Origin: Candidatus Methylacidiphilales bacterium
GTDB taxonomy: Bacteria; Verrucomicrobiota; Verrucomicrobiia; Methylacidiphilales; CAZTYG01
DNA length: 64,000 bases
Direction: 5' to 3'
Assembly: GCA_033875315.1 (NCBI GenBank)
Contig: JANRJG010000039.1
Location: 8,614-72,613, forward strand
The translations under genes were made by a program, and so were the position numbers. Within the stretch, counting starts at the first letter, position 1. The number at the start of each line of letters is the position of its first letter. A model generated the notes under the pieces. That model saw only the letters and a program-made list of their open reading frames with translations. It was not told the DNA's origin and did not search any database. Positions 34,630 to 45,132 of the stretch are shown here, in pieces.

Positions 34630-35139
34630 CTAACCGTAACTCTTGGAGAACTTCTTCTTGTTCTCTTCGGGCGTGGAGGGCTGGATCTTGGCGTCGGGGG
34701 AGATCGGGGTTTGGGCTGCAGCTGCCGGGGTGGATTTGGACTGGGACTGAGCCGGGGCTGGAGCTTCCGGTTCGGGCATTTCTTCGTCTTCTTCCGGACC
34801 TAAATCATAGGCGGGTGCGCGGTCGGGCATCATGCCGGGAGGGGTGCCACCGGAAGCTTCAACAAAGGCCAGGCGGACCTGGGTCAGCGCTTCTTTGAGG
34901 ATTTTTTCCTCCTGTGGGATCAGGTTGCCACGGGTTTTGTATTCCAGCACTTCCAACTGGTCGATGAACATCTTGGCCGAGCCGAGGTCGGGAGGCATGG
35001 CGCGACCGTCGGGAGAGGCGATTTTGCCGAGGACGTATAGGGTGTTCTGGGCCTGCATCATCACGAGCTGGACGAACTTTTGCGCCATCTCGCGTTCTTT
35101 GACCGGATCGGGGGCGGGTGACGTGGACATAATTTCCAA
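34630..35139 (-). CDS. DUF1844 domain protein
   Basis: FVQLVMMQAQNTLYVLGKI...AKMFIDQLEVLEYKTRGNL..EEKILKEAL matches the DUF1844 pattern. The C-terminus is acidic and Pro-rich. Confidence 0.7.
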   Translation of the reverse strand: MEIMSTSPAPDPVKEREMAQKFVQLVMMQAQNTLYVLGKIASPDGRAMPPDLGSAKMFIDQLEVLEYKTRGNLIPQEEKILKEALTQVRLAFVEASGGTPPGMMPDRAPAYDLGPEEDEEMPEPEAPAPAQSQSKSTPAAAAQTPISPDAKIQPSTPEENKKKFSKSYG

Positions 35140-35197
35140 TTTACTCCCCCCATTCAGGGGTGCAATCAGGGATTTGCCCCGGACATGCTCCTACGCC

Positions 35198-36157
35198 TCA
35201 CAGTCCCTGGAAAAAGGAAAAGGTGGCGTCTGCGAATCCGGGCAGGTTCTCGTGGCCGAAGTCGGGGTAGATGGTGACATTCTTTTTCGAGGTGATTTTG
35301 TTGTAGGCGGCGAACTGGGTGGAGGGTGGGCAGATGGTGTCCATCAGGCCCGTGGCCATCAGAACCTCCGCTTTGATGCGGGGTGCCAGATGCTGGATGT
35401 CGATGTAGCCAAGACGGGTGAAAATCTCTTTTTCCCGGAGGTGCAAGGGATCGAATTGGCGGAAGTAGGTCCGCAATTCTTCGTAGGCGGCCACCGCCTG
35501 GTCCATTTCCCAGACCCGTTGGTAATCGCTCAAAAACGGATAAACCGGCGCGGCGCGTTTGATCTGCGGGGCCAGGGCCGCGCAGGCCAAAGTCAACGCC
35601 CCGCCTTGGGAGCCGCCGAAGGCCCCCAGTCGCTGGGGGTCAACCTCAGGCAAGCCGCCGACGATCTTGGCCAGTTGTGCGGTATCCAGGAAGATGTTGC
35701 GGAAGTAAAGATTCTTGGGTTCGTCGTCCAACCCGCGGACGAACTGCCCCTTGAAGTTGGTGCCTTTGACCGGCTCGGTGCCTTCGCTGAGTCCGCCCTG
35801 GCCGCGGCAGTCGAGCGCGGCGACGGAAAACCCGGCCGCCACATAGGCGAGTTTGTCCTGCCAGTCGCCGCTGTTGCCACTGTAGCCATGGAATTGCAGG
35901 AGGGCGGCATGGCGGCCGGGGGTGTTTTTGGGCCGGAGGTATTTGGCGTGGACCCGACTCCCGCCGACACCGGTGAAGTAAAGGTCGAAACACTCGGCAA
36001 AGGGGGCTTGGAAGGCGGCGGGGCGTAGTTCGAGACCGGGGTTGACCGCTTCCATCTCTGCCAGGGACGAGTCCCAGTAGGCGTCGAAATCGGCGGGCCG
36101 TGGGTTGATCCCGGTGTAGGTGCGGAGTTTTTCCAGGGGGAAGTCGATCAGGGGCAT
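35198..36157 (-). CDS. acetylxylan esterase / cephalosporin-C deacetylase (CE7)
   Basis: It starts at MPLIDFPLEKLRTY and has the RGQG oxyanion motif, the GGSQGG nucleophile elbow and a C-terminal HE pair. Confidence 0.85.
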   Translation of the reverse strand: MPLIDFPLEKLRTYTGINPRPADFDAYWDSSLAEMEAVNPGLELRPAAFQAPFAECFDLYFTGVGGSRVHAKYLRPKNTPGRHAALLQFHGYSGNSGDWQDKLAYVAAGFSVAALDCRGQGGLSEGTEPVKGTNFKGQFVRGLDDEPKNLYFRNIFLDTAQLAKIVGGLPEVDPQRLGAFGGSQGGALTLACAALAPQIKRAAPVYPFLSDYQRVWEMDQAVAAYEELRTYFRQFDPLHLREKEIFTRLGYIDIQHLAPRIKAEVLMATGLMDTICPPSTQFAAYNKITSKKNVTIYPDFGHENLPGFADATFSFFQGL

Positions 36158-36300
36158 GGGATTCCTTTCAAAAAGCGGAACGTATCGCACGGCGAGCGGA
36201 AATCCAGAGAATTTACCAATGCAGCAGGAAGTTGGACATGGCGTGGGTTGTCGGAAACTGTCGACGTGACGGGATTTGGCCCTTGGGCAGAGTGGGAGGG

Positions 36301-37270
36301 ATGTTCAGGCTTTGGGACCGGTTGATTCTATTTTTCGCCGACAGAATGCTCCAAGTGAAGCGGAAGTCGTTGGTGGAGCTGTTCCGCAAAGGGTCCGGTG
36401 GCCGTCCCCGTTTGGGCTATCCGGTGGATTACGCGGAGAAAATGCTTTGGCGGAAAATTCTGGATCGCAACCCGAGATTCATCGTTTTCTGCGACAAACT
36501 TGCCACCAAGGCGTTTATCCGAGAGCGCTGTTCCGGGCTGGCTTTGCCGGAAACTTTGTGGATCGGCACGGATTCGGATCAAATCCCGGATGCTTTGCTG
36601 GCGGGGGATGTCTTTGTCAAAGCGAGCCATGGGTGGAATTTCAACCAACACATCCGCCATGGGAAGTTCGATCGTCCGGACTTGAAAATGCGGACCCAGC
36701 GGTGGCTGCGATCCATCCATGGGCAGGAGATGGGCGAGTGGGCCTAATCCCGGGTGGAACCGCGGCTTTTTTGTCGAGGCTTCGGTGAAGGGAACGGGTT
36801 GCGATCTTCTTGATTTCAACATCCGGGCCTGTGACGGACGACTGGCATTCGGCACGGTGATGGGAAATTGCAAGACCGCCAGCCAGTGGATTGCCTATCT
36901 CGATTTGGAAGGCAACAAAATCTGCGGTTTCAATGCCCCGGACGGCTGTTCGGTGCCGGGCTTGGTGGAGTTTGAGGGATTCTTTGACGCTTACCGGCTT
37001 GCCTTGAACTTTACGCGGGATTTGAGTTCTGGGATGGACTATGCCAGGTATGATTTCTTGTGGAATGGCAGGGAATTGTACGGGGGCGAAATCACCGTTT
37101 ATCCCAGTTCCGGAACTTCCAACCCGCCCCATCCGGCTTTATCCCGTTCGATTATGGAATCCTGGGACTTGGGTAGATCGCATTTTCTCCAGACGAGACA
37201 GAGCGGTTGGCGGTGGGTATACGCCGGTGTGTTGCGGAGGGAGATGACCCGTCGCAAGGCTGGAATCTAA
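36301..37270 (+). pseudogene. TupA-like ATP-grasp (amidoligase-type) gene disrupted by a nonsense codon and a +1 frameshift
   Basis: Two consecutive ORFs (36232..36747 and 36719..37270) together resemble one TupA-like ATP-grasp protein. Reading through TAA at 36745-36747 gives GEWA*SRVEPRLF. Removing one T from the T6 run at 36767-36772 continues in frame as VEASVKGTGCDLLDFNI. Confidence 0.6.
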
Positions 37271-37307
37271 CAAAACAATAAGTATATAATTGGAGGGGTG
37301 CCTGGTC

Positions 37308-38975
37308 TCAGGCGTATTCCAGGTAGTCGGGCTCGAACATGCGGGCGCGGAGGTCGGCTTCCAGGTCATCCGGCCGGGGCATGCGGGCCAGGCCGCCGTC
37401 CCAGGCCTGGCGGGCGGTGGCCACCGCGATCTTGAGCGAGACTTCGCGGATGCGCTCAAAGGAAGGATAGACCCGGCCGAGGGCCAGGTCTTCGGGACCG
37501 ACGCATTCGGCCAGGGTGTGTGCGGCGGCCAGGAACATGGCGTCGGTGATGCGGGTGGATCCAGATGCCAGGGCACCGAAGCCCAGACCTGGGAAGATGT
37601 ACACGTTGTTGCCCTGGCCGGGGTGGAAGGTGCGACCACCCTGCTCAACCGGGGCAAAAGGACTGCCGCTGGCAAAAACCGCCCGTCCGTCGGTCCAATA
37701 ATAGGCTTCCTCGGCGGTGCACTCCGCCTTCGAGGTCGGGTTGGAGAGGGCGAAGATGACCGGGGCCTCGTTCAGTTCGGCCATGCGTTGGACGATTTTT
37801 TGCGTGAAGGCCCGTCCGGTGCCCGCCACCCCGATCAGGGCCGTGGGTTTGAGGACGTCCACCGCTTCTTCCAGTCCGGGGAGGAAGGGATGGTCGTGGG
37901 CGAAGGCGGCTTTGTGCGCCGCCAGCTTGCCGGGGCGGCCGGCGACGACCAGTCCTTGGGAGTCGATGAACCAGCACTTGGCCCGGGCCTCGGCTTCGGA
38001 GATGCCTTCATCCCGCAGGGCGGCGACGAAGAGTTCGGCGATTCCGGTTCCTGCTTCGCCAGCACCGAAGAAGAGGATTTTTTCCTCGGCCAGCCGGCGT
38101 CCGCGCAGGCGTGCGGCACCGATGAGGCCACCGAGGGCCACGGCGGCCGTGCCCTGGATGTCGTCGTTGAAGGTGCAAATGCGATCGCGCCAACGGTGGA
38201 GAAGTTCGAAGGCGTGGTGGTTGCCGAAATCCTCGAATTGGACCACGCAGCCCGGGAAGACGTTCTGGGTCGCTTCAATGAATTCGTCGAGGAAGGCTTC
38301 GTATTCCGGCCCGGTGACCCGGGGCTGGCCCAGCCCGATGTACATCTGGTCCCTGAGGAGGGATTCGTTGTCGGTTCCGACATCGAGGGTGATGGGAAGG
38401 CAATAGTAGGGATGGAGGCCGCCACAAGCGGTGTAGAGGGCGAGCTTGCCAATGGGAATGCCCATGCCAAGCGCCCCGAGGTCGCCGAGTCCGAGGATGC
38501 GCTGGCCGTCGGTGACGACAATCATGCGCGCGCCTTGGTGGGGCCAGTGGCGGAGGATTTCGGCGATGCGTCCCCGGTCCTTGATCGTGATCCAGAGTCC
38601 GCGGGGCCGCCGGAAGATCGAGCCGTACTCGAGGCAGGCCTGACCCACGGTGGGTGTGTAAATGATCGGCATCATTTCCTCCAGATGGGTGAGGAGGAGG
38701 CGGTAGAAGAGGGTTTCATTGCGCTGCTGGAGCAGGGTGAGGAAGATGTATTTTTCCAGCGGGTCGGTCTTTCGGGAAAAATTTCCATAAGCCCGGGTCA
38801 CTTGCTGCTCCATCGGGAAAATGCGCGGGGGCAGGAGGCCTCGCAACCCGAGGGCGTCGCGTTCCTCTTCGGAGTAAGCCGTGCCCTTGTTGAGGAGGGA
38901 ATCGCGCAGCAAGTCCATGCCTCGGGGGTAATCCAATCCACCCAAGGGTGATAAACCTAATGGAAGATGGCTCAT
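37308..38975 (-). CDS. maeA: NAD(P)-dependent malic enzyme
   Basis: It starts at MSHLPLGL and has LLNKGTAYSEEERD, IYTPTVGQAC and FNDDIQGTAAVAL plus GAGEAG dinucleotide motifs. Confidence 0.92.
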   Translation of the reverse strand: MSHLPLGLSPLGGLDYPRGMDLLRDSLLNKGTAYSEEERDALGLRGLLPPRIFPMEQQVTRAYGNFSRKTDPLEKYIFLTLLQQRNETLFYRLLLTHLEEMMPIIYTPTVGQACLEYGSIFRRPRGLWITIKDRGRIAEILRHWPHQGARMIVVTDGQRILGLGDLGALGMGIPIGKLALYTACGGLHPYYCLPITLDVGTDNESLLRDQMYIGLGQPRVTGPEYEAFLDEFIEATQNVFPGCVVQFEDFGNHHAFELLHRWRDRICTFNDDIQGTAAVALGGLIGAARLRGRRLAEEKILFFGAGEAGTGIAELFVAALRDEGISEAEARAKCWFIDSQGLVVAGRPGKLAAHKAAFAHDHPFLPGLEEAVDVLKPTALIGVAGTGRAFTQKIVQRMAELNEAPVIFALSNPTSKAECTAEEAYYWTDGRAVFASGSPFAPVEQGGRTFHPGQGNNVYIFPGLGFGALASGSTRITDAMFLAAAHTLAECVGPEDLALGRVYPSFERIREVSLKIAVATARQAWDGGLARMPRPDDLEADLRARMFEPDYLEYA

Positions 38976-39182
38976 GAAATTAACTATACTAATAACAGGG
39001 CTGAAAGAAAGGCCCAAATACCCATTCTTGGGGATAGTAGCCAAGGACGGAGCAGCCGGAGGGTTGCTTATGCGGATGTCGGAGCCGGGGCCATGGGGCA
39101 CGCCGGTCTAGCGAGGGGGATTCCCATCCCCGCTCATTGCTGGCTGCTCAACCGGGCCGCCTGGTTGCGGCTCTGGTCACTT

Positions 39183-42100
39183 TCACTTCCGGCGTTTCTT
39201 CGCGGTTTTCTTTGCCGTCTTCTTGACCGCTTTCTTTTTCAGCGAACGCGATTTGGCCTGCTTCTTGAGTTTATTCTCAGCCTTGGCTTTTTTCTTCCGG
39301 ACCTTCTTGGCCAATTTGCGGGATTTCTTGGCCGCTTTCTTGAGAAGTTTGCCCGCTTTCTTTTGGGCTTTTGCGGACCCTTTTGACGGCTTGCCGGCCT
39401 TCTTGGCCTTGCCTGTTTTTGCCTTGTCTGATTTCTTCGGGGCTTTCTTCTTTGCCTCCGTTTTTTTGCCGGTCGTCGGTTTCTTGGATAAGGGCGAGGG
39501 CGAGGACTTGGCGGCGGCGACGATTTGACGGAGGACGTAGGGAAGGATGCCGCCGTGGCGGTAGTATTCAACCTCGATGGGGGTGTCGATGCGGCAGGTG
39601 ACGGGCACATGGTCGACGGAGCCGTTGGCGCGGGTGATTTCCAGGGTCAGGTCCTGGCGTGGCTGGACGTCTTCTCCCAGACCACCGATGGAATAGGTTT
39701 CCGTTCCATCAAGGCCGAGGGTGGCCGCGGACGTGCCCTCCTTGAAGCAAAGGGGCAGCACGCCCATGCCGACGAGGTTCGAGCGGTGGATGCGCTCGAA
39801 GGTTTCGGCGACCACGACCTTGACGCCGAGCAGGTTGGTGCCCTTGGCGGCCCAGTCGCGGGACGAACCGGTGCCGTATTCCTTACCTCCAATAACAATC
39901 AAGGGAACCCCGGCGGCCTTGTATTTCATGGCCGCGTCGTAAATCGAAAGGGTTTCTCCGTCCTCGGTGAGGAAGCACTTCGTCACCCCGCCCTCGACAC
40001 CGGGCACCATGAGGTTTTTGATGCGGACATTGGCGAAGGTGCCGCGGGTCATGATGCGGTCGTTGCCGCGGCGGGAGCCGTAGGAGTTGAAGTCCACGGG
40101 TTGGACACCCTGTTCGAGGAGGTAGCGGCCGGCCGGGGTTTCTTTCTTGAAGCTGCCGGCGGGCGAAATGTGGTCGGTGGTGACGGAATCGCCGAAAATG
40201 CCGAGCGGGCGGGCGTTCTTGATCTCGGCGATGGATCCGGGGGCCATGCCGAAGTTTTCAAAGAACGGGGGTTCCTGGATATAGGTGCTCCGGCGGTCCC
40301 AATCGTAGAGTTCGCCCACGGAAGAGGGGATTTCATTCCAGGCGGGGTTTTGTTTTTCGAAATCCGTGTAGAGCTTTTGGAAGACCTCGGGTTTCAAGGC
40401 CACGGCCATGATGTCTTGTACTTCTTGGAGGGTGGGCCAGAGGTCGCGCAGGTAGACATCGAGACCGTCACGGTCCTTGCCCAGCGGTTCGGAAGTCAGG
40501 TCGATGTTGACCGTGCCGGCGAGGGCGAAGGCGACGACGAGGGGGGGCGACATGAGGAAGTTGGCCTTGATGTTGCCGTGGACGCGGGCCTCGAAGTTGC
40601 GGTTGCCAGACAGGACGCTGGCGGCAACGAGGTCGTGTTGGACGATGGCTTCTTCGATGGCGGGGGCGAGGGGACCGGAATTGCCGATGCAGGTGGTGCA
40701 ACCGTACCCGACGAGGTTGAAGCCCAGCTGGTCGAGGTACGTCTGGAGGTTGGCTTTTTGGAGGTAGTCGGAAACCACACGTGAACCCGGGGCTAGCGAG
40801 CATTTGACCTTGGGATCGACCACCATGCCCTTTTGGATGGCTTTTTTGGCCAGCAGACCGGCGGCCAGCATGACCGAGGGGTTGGAGGTGTTGGTGCAGG
40901 ACGTGATGGCGGCGATGAGGACCGATCCGTGGCCGATGGTGGTTTGCGAGACCAGGAGGTCCGTGGCGGTGAAGCCGGCGGCTTCGAGGGTCTGGCTGGT
41001 GTAGGAATTCTCCACCGGGGCCTCGAAAGTGATTTCCTCGGGCTTCTTGCCGAATCCGCCCTGGTCCTTGGGGGTGGAGAAGAGTTCGGTGAACTTGTCG
41101 GCCACGCGGGGCAGATCGATGCGGTCCTGGGGTCGCTTGGGACCGGCCACGGCGGCCACGACGGTGGACAGGTCGAGTTCGAGGTCGATGGTGTAGTCGA
41201 CCTCGCCCTTGCTGGGGATGCCGAAAAGCGACTGGGCCTGGTAGTAGTCGGCGAAGAGGGCGCATTGGGCTTCTGAACGACCGGTGAAGGCCATGTATTT
41301 GATGGTTTCTTCATCGATGGGGAAGAAACCCATGGTGGCGCCGTATTCGGGGGCCATGTTGGCGATGGTGGCGCGATCGGTGACGGGGAGGGCGATGGCG
41401 CCGGGTCCGTAGAATTCGACAAACTTGCCCACGACTTTGGCCTTGCGGAGCATTTCCGTGACGCGCAGGACGAGGTCGGTGGCGGTGACGCCTTCCTGGA
41501 GCGAACCGGTGAGGTGGACCCCGACGACTTCCGGGGTGAGGAAGTAGACCGGTTGGCCGAGCATGCCGGCTTCTGCTTCGATCCCACCCACGCCCCAGCC
41601 CACGATACCCAAGCCGTTGATCATGGTGGTATGGGAGTCGGTGCCGACGAGGGTGTCGGGGTAGACCATTTCGACTTTCGCATTCCCCATTTCGCATTTT
41701 TGCGTCAACACGCCTTTGGCGAGGTATTCCAAGTTGACCTGGTGCACGATGCCGATGCCGGGGGGGACGACCTTGAAGGTGTCGAAGGCCTGCATGCCCC
41801 ATTTGAGGAATTGATAGCGCTCGCGGTTGCGCTCGAATTCCAATTTCAGGTTGAGATCGAAGGCCGGACCGGCACCGACGTAATCCACCTGGACGGAGTG
41901 GTCGACGACGAGGTCGACGGGAACGAGGGGCTCGATGATCTTGGGGTTTTTCCCGAGCTTGGCCACGGCGGAGCGCATGGCGGCGAGGTCGACCAGCAGG
42001 GGAACACCGGTGAAATCCTGGAGGACGATGCGGGCGACGACGAAGGGGATTTCTTCGGGGGCGGGGTGCTTGGCGTTGTAGCGGGCGAGGGTTTCGACGT

Positions 42101-42293
42101 CACGGGCGGCGACGCGGGCGCCATCGCAGTTGCGCAGCACGGATTCGAGGACGATGCGGATGGAAACCGGGAGGCGGGAGACATCGACGCCGAGGGTTTT
42201 CCCGAGTTCCGGGAGGGAGTAATAGGCGTATGATTTGCCGCTGGAGGTGAAGGATTTTTGGGTGGAAGGGAAGGGGTGGGAGGCGGTGGCCAT
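39183..42293 (-). CDS. acnA: aconitate hydratase A with Lys-rich C-terminal extension of about 108 aa
   Basis: A full-length AcnA/IRP-type aconitase (cluster-ligand regions [20 protein letters not shown]) ends at [12 protein letters not shown]. The ORF then continues without a stop through a tail with 46 Lys in 108 residues (my count) to KKTAKKRRK. Confidence 0.93.
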   Translation of the reverse strand: MATASHPFPSTQKSFTSSGKSYAYYSLPELGKTLGVDVSRLPVSIRIVLESVLRNCDGARVAARDVETLARYNAKHPAPEEIPFVVARIVLQDFTGVPLLVDLAAMRSAVAKLGKNPKIIEPLVPVDLVVDHSVQVDYVGAGPAFDLNLKLEFERNRERYQFLKWGMQAFDTFKVVPPGIGIVHQVNLEYLAKGVLTQKCEMGNAKVEMVYPDTLVGTDSHTTMINGLGIVGWGVGGIEAEAGMLGQPVYFLTPEVVGVHLTGSLQEGVTATDLVLRVTEMLRKAKVVGKFVEFYGPGAIALPVTDRATIANMAPEYGATMGFFPIDEETIKYMAFTGRSEAQCALFADYYQAQSLFGIPSKGEVDYTIDLELDLSTVVAAVAGPKRPQDRIDLPRVADKFTELFSTPKDQGGFGKKPEEITFEAPVENSYTSQTLEAAGFTATDLLVSQTTIGHGSVLIAAITSCTNTSNPSVMLAAGLLAKKAIQKGMVVDPKVKCSLAPGSRVVSDYLQKANLQTYLDQLGFNLVGYGCTTCIGNSGPLAPAIEEAIVQHDLVAASVLSGNRNFEARVHGNIKANFLMSPPLVVAFALAGTVNIDLTSEPLGKDRDGLDVYLRDLWPTLQEVQDIMAVALKPEVFQKLYTDFEKQNPAWNEIPSSVGELYDWDRRSTYIQEPPFFENFGMAPGSIAEIKNARPLGIFGDSVTTDHISPAGSFKKETPAGRYLLEQGVQPVDFNSYGSRRGNDRIMTRGTFANVRIKNLMVPGVEGGVTKCFLTEDGETLSIYDAAMKYKAAGVPLIVIGGKEYGTGSSRDWAAKGTNLLGVKVVVAETFERIHRSNLVGMGVLPLCFKEGTSAATLGLDGTETYSIGGLGEDVQPRQDLTLEITRANGSVDHVPVTCRIDTPIEVEYYRHGGILPYVLRQIVAAAKSSPSPLSKKPTTGKKTEAKKKAPKKSDKAKTGKAKKAGKPSKGSAKAQKKAGKLLKKAAKKSRKLAKKVRKKKAKAENKLKKQAKSRSLKKKAVKKTAKKTAKKRRK

Positions 42294-42368
42294 GGAGGGG
42301 AAAGTAGCAATGCGTGTGCCGGATTTCCAGAGGAAAGGCTATGGAGGCAGGGCGCCCTACTTGTCGGA

Positions 42369-43640
42369 CTAGGTGGCCGACTTGGTGCGGTCAAACGCTG
42401 CTTGCAGCAAGATCCACCCCGAGGCCGCGACCATGGCCAAGGTGGGCCATTGGATGATCCAGCCCGAACGCGGGATGGTGGCCATGACAAACCAGCCCAG
42501 CGGGCAGGAGGCCAGGAGCAACCAGACAAGGCGGGGATAACGATCCTGGGCACGGACGGCGAGGGCGAGCGCGAGGATATTCAGGATGAGGACATCGTTG
42601 TAGATGTTGCGGTAGGCGGGCAGGAAAAAATCGATCAGAAAAGACCAGGCGGCCATTCCCAGAAGCAGGGTGGGCAGGGGCCGGGAACGGGAAAGCCAGA
42701 ACCACGTGAAAATCAGCGCGACCAGTATCATGGCCACGGGCAGAGAGGAGAGCTGGTGCCATCCCAGTGATTTGAAAAACGCGAAAACGGACGAATCGGC
42801 AAAGGGGATGCGCGAGAAACGGGCATACAAATCCAGCGGCATACCCTCAATCATCGCCGGGTATTGCTGGGGAGAAATGCGGGGGTTGCTGGTTCCCATG
42901 CGGTAAAGCTCGGACCAGGTTTGCATGGCCTCGTGGTATTGCAGCCAACAGGAGGCACTCCAAAGCATGGGCAGGCCGATGCCCAGCGATGCACCGATGA
43001 CCGCCCCGGGGATTTGTCCGCGGCAGCGGAGGGCCATAAAGGGCGCAAACAGGAGCAGCAGAGGGGGGCGCAGGGTCATGAGCAGTCCGGCGACCAGGCC
43101 CCCGCAAAAGCCGCGGACGCGTCCGTCCTGCCGCGTCAACAAGAACCAACAAGCCAGCAAAAACAAGACGAGGACATAAACCTGTCCACGGTCGGCGTGG
43201 AGCCTCCACGCCACGGTGTAGGTGAAGCCGGTCAAGGCGGCGGCCCAAAGCCAGCGCAGGCGGACGGAAGGGATGACCCGCAGCCATAAAACTCCCGTTC
43301 CGAGCAGGAGGAGCCAGGCCACGATCAACCACACGGCCTGACCGGTCCGGTAGGGCAACCCGGCCAGGGGGAAATGCAGGAGCAACATGGCCGGAGTGGC
43401 CGTCACCTTGCTGACCGGCAGCGCGGGGGTGTTGAACACATCGCACAACAGGGGCGAATCCGGCAGCTTCCATTTGTAGTGATAGGGGTCGCGGTGGAGT
43501 TCCAACAACCGGGCCCCGGTGATGCGGTTGCGCAGATCCACCGAGCCGCCGGCAGAGAAATGGGCCACGTCGATCCAGAAACTGACCACTAGCAAGCCGC
43601 ATAATGTGATGCCGGCAAAGATGGACGGGAGGGATTTCAT
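42369..43640 (-). CDS. polytopic membrane protein, DUF2029/GT87-like glycosyltransferase (putative)
   Basis: It starts at MKSLPSIFAG and has about 10-11 TM helices. The loop VDLRNRITGARLLELHRDPYHY resembles the DUF2029 N-terminal loop. Confidence 0.5.
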   Translation of the reverse strand: MKSLPSIFAGITLCGLLVVSFWIDVAHFSAGGSVDLRNRITGARLLELHRDPYHYKWKLPDSPLLCDVFNTPALPVSKVTATPAMLLLHFPLAGLPYRTGQAVWLIVAWLLLLGTGVLWLRVIPSVRLRWLWAAALTGFTYTVAWRLHADRGQVYVLVLFLLACWFLLTRQDGRVRGFCGGLVAGLLMTLRPPLLLLFAPFMALRCRGQIPGAVIGASLGIGLPMLWSASCWLQYHEAMQTWSELYRMGTSNPRISPQQYPAMIEGMPLDLYARFSRIPFADSSVFAFFKSLGWHQLSSLPVAMILVALIFTWFWLSRSRPLPTLLLGMAAWSFLIDFFLPAYRNIYNDVLILNILALALAVRAQDRYPRLVWLLLASCPLGWFVMATIPRSGWIIQWPTLAMVAASGWILLQAAFDRTKSAT

Positions 43641-43938
43641 GGGATGCCCGGGACGGGCTGGAGGGACCACGTTTGATTTTTCGGCGAGTTCCTGTGTTCG
43701 CAAATGATTAAATGGGGATCGCTGGCGGTAAAATCAAAACATCGAGGCATCGATGAGGGCAAGAGCTTCTTCGAGGATTACTTTGGGCGCTTTATCGATG
43801 AGGCGTAACTTTAGACTCTAGGGTCAGTTCTCAATCATCAATGCCCCTATTCCGTAATCCATCCAACCATTGATTTGAGAGTTGACCCTACTCCTCTGAT
43901 GGCTTATGCCACACCCGAATCGGAAGGGACTAAATAAT

Positions 43939-44352
43939 ATGTTTCCTGAAATACCCCCAGAAGAAAGAGGATATACCGAATGGGAAGTTAAGCAGTTAAT
44001 GAAGGATGAGTGGGCGAAAAGAAAGCTGTCTTGGTCGGAAAAACTGGCACTAGGATTCGCATATGGATTCATATTGATAGTCGGATTTGTAATCCTCTCA
44101 GGACTGCTTTTATATGTCTTTTCTCCAGAAGGTCATTGGGTGTTGATCTGTATTGCGCTCTTCTGTTCTGTATTTGTCATTTTATGGGCCAAAGAGACTT
44201 TTCCTAATACATGGAAATGGATGAGTAAGATTTTCTTTGAATGGCCTCTGACTATTGTCGGCGCTATTCTAGGATTTGCATTAGTTGCGGGTCTAATTTG
44301 GGGTGCATTGGCTCTTTTGAGGTTTGCGCTTAGATCCTTTATCCTAAACTAA
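43939..44352 (+). CDS. hypothetical membrane protein (AT-richer islet)
   Basis: It starts at MFPEIPPEERGY and has 3-4 TM helices. GC content is visibly lower than in the flanks. No family recognised. Confidence 0.5.
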   Translation: MFPEIPPEERGYTEWEVKQLMKDEWAKRKLSWSEKLALGFAYGFILIVGFVILSGLLLYVFSPEGHWVLICIALFCSVFVILWAKETFPNTWKWMSKIFFEWPLTIVGAILGFALVAGLIWGALALLRFALRSFILN

Positions 44353-44395
44353 ATTGCCTTTGACCTAGGGATCTATTCGTCAGTAGTACGAACGG

Positions 44396-44701
44396 ATGCC
44401 CGAAGAGTCGGAACCCATACTTTTACGTTCCACTCTTCTGGATCACAAAGGCCATTCTTTATCCAATGGCTTATCAAAGTTTCGACATGCTTTAACTCGA
44501 CGCCCAACCTTTTGGCCAGACTCCTTTGTAGAGCTTGGCAGCTTGCAATCTCGTCCAACCAGTCTGAAAGTGGACGATTGGGGGGAGTATTCGGTAGTCA
44601 CCATCGAACCCTGTCCAAATTTTGAATCGGTTCAAGACCACTATCACCTACAGATTGACCGGATTCTGGATTCGGATCCAAATTCTCTCGGCCCAATTTA
44701 A
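44396..44701 (+). CDS. hypothetical protein (islet)
   Basis: It is on the same strand as its neighbours, with short gaps to both. There is no recognisable motif, and a competing 61-aa antisense ORF exists. Confidence 0.3.
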   Translation: MPEESEPILLRSTLLDHKGHSLSNGLSKFRHALTRRPTFWPDSFVELGSLQSRPTSLKVDDWGEYSVVTIEPCPNFESVQDHYHLQIDRILDSDPNSLGPI

Positions 44702-44740
44702 GACCTGCCTTCATTTGGCTCCTTGGGGTAGGGTTTGGGG

Positions 44741-45019
44741 ATGACCGACCGTAGCGTTTGCATTCCGTGGTTTGATGAAAAATCCCAATTCGAAGCCTTT
44801 CAGGCGATGATTCCACCGGAACTTCTTAAGCCTCCACTTACTTTTGAGGATTGGGACTTCGGAATTCGCCAGAGAGAGCAGCGAGAGAAGGATATGGGCA
44901 ATGCTCCCTATCGCATACCAGTAGACCTCGCCGCCTTCGCTGTCTGGGCCTCATCCGAGGGCATAGCGCCTTCCTGGGATTCGGTAACGGAATATGCCTG
45001 TCAGCAATGCGGGGATTGA
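44741..45019 (+). CDS. hypothetical small protein (islet)
   Basis: It starts at MTDRSVCIPWFDEKSQFEAF. The composition looks like a plausible globular protein. No family assigned. Confidence 0.45.
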   Translation: MTDRSVCIPWFDEKSQFEAFQAMIPPELLKPPLTFEDWDFGIRQREQREKDMGNAPYRIPVDLAAFAVWASSEGIAPSWDSVTEYACQQCGD

Positions 45020-45132
45020 TTCGGCCTAGAATCCGAAACCCATTTTAAAACAGTGCCGAAAGGTGAGGGGGTGGAAGCCCGTGCTACTGAAGTGTCCGGT
45101 CTAGGCCATTTCTGTTTAAATGGCATTTCCCA

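Noticed and set aside
37290-40784. Long plus-strand ORFs (37290..38951, 39525..40784 and others) opposite the malic enzyme and acnA genes
   Set aside because: They are antisense to strongly supported enzymes and have no motifs.
43704-43808. 34-codon ORF (MIKWGSLAVKSKHRGIDEGKSFFEDYFGRFIDEA) at the left edge of the islet
   Set aside because: It is too short and unsupported to call as a gene and may be a C-terminal remnant. It is mentioned only as context for the islet.
44373-44558. 61-aa minus-strand ORF in the islet
   Set aside because: It competes with the plus-strand 44396..44701 ORF, which fits the same-strand series of neighbours. Neither has motif support, so only the plus-strand ORF is listed, at low confidence.
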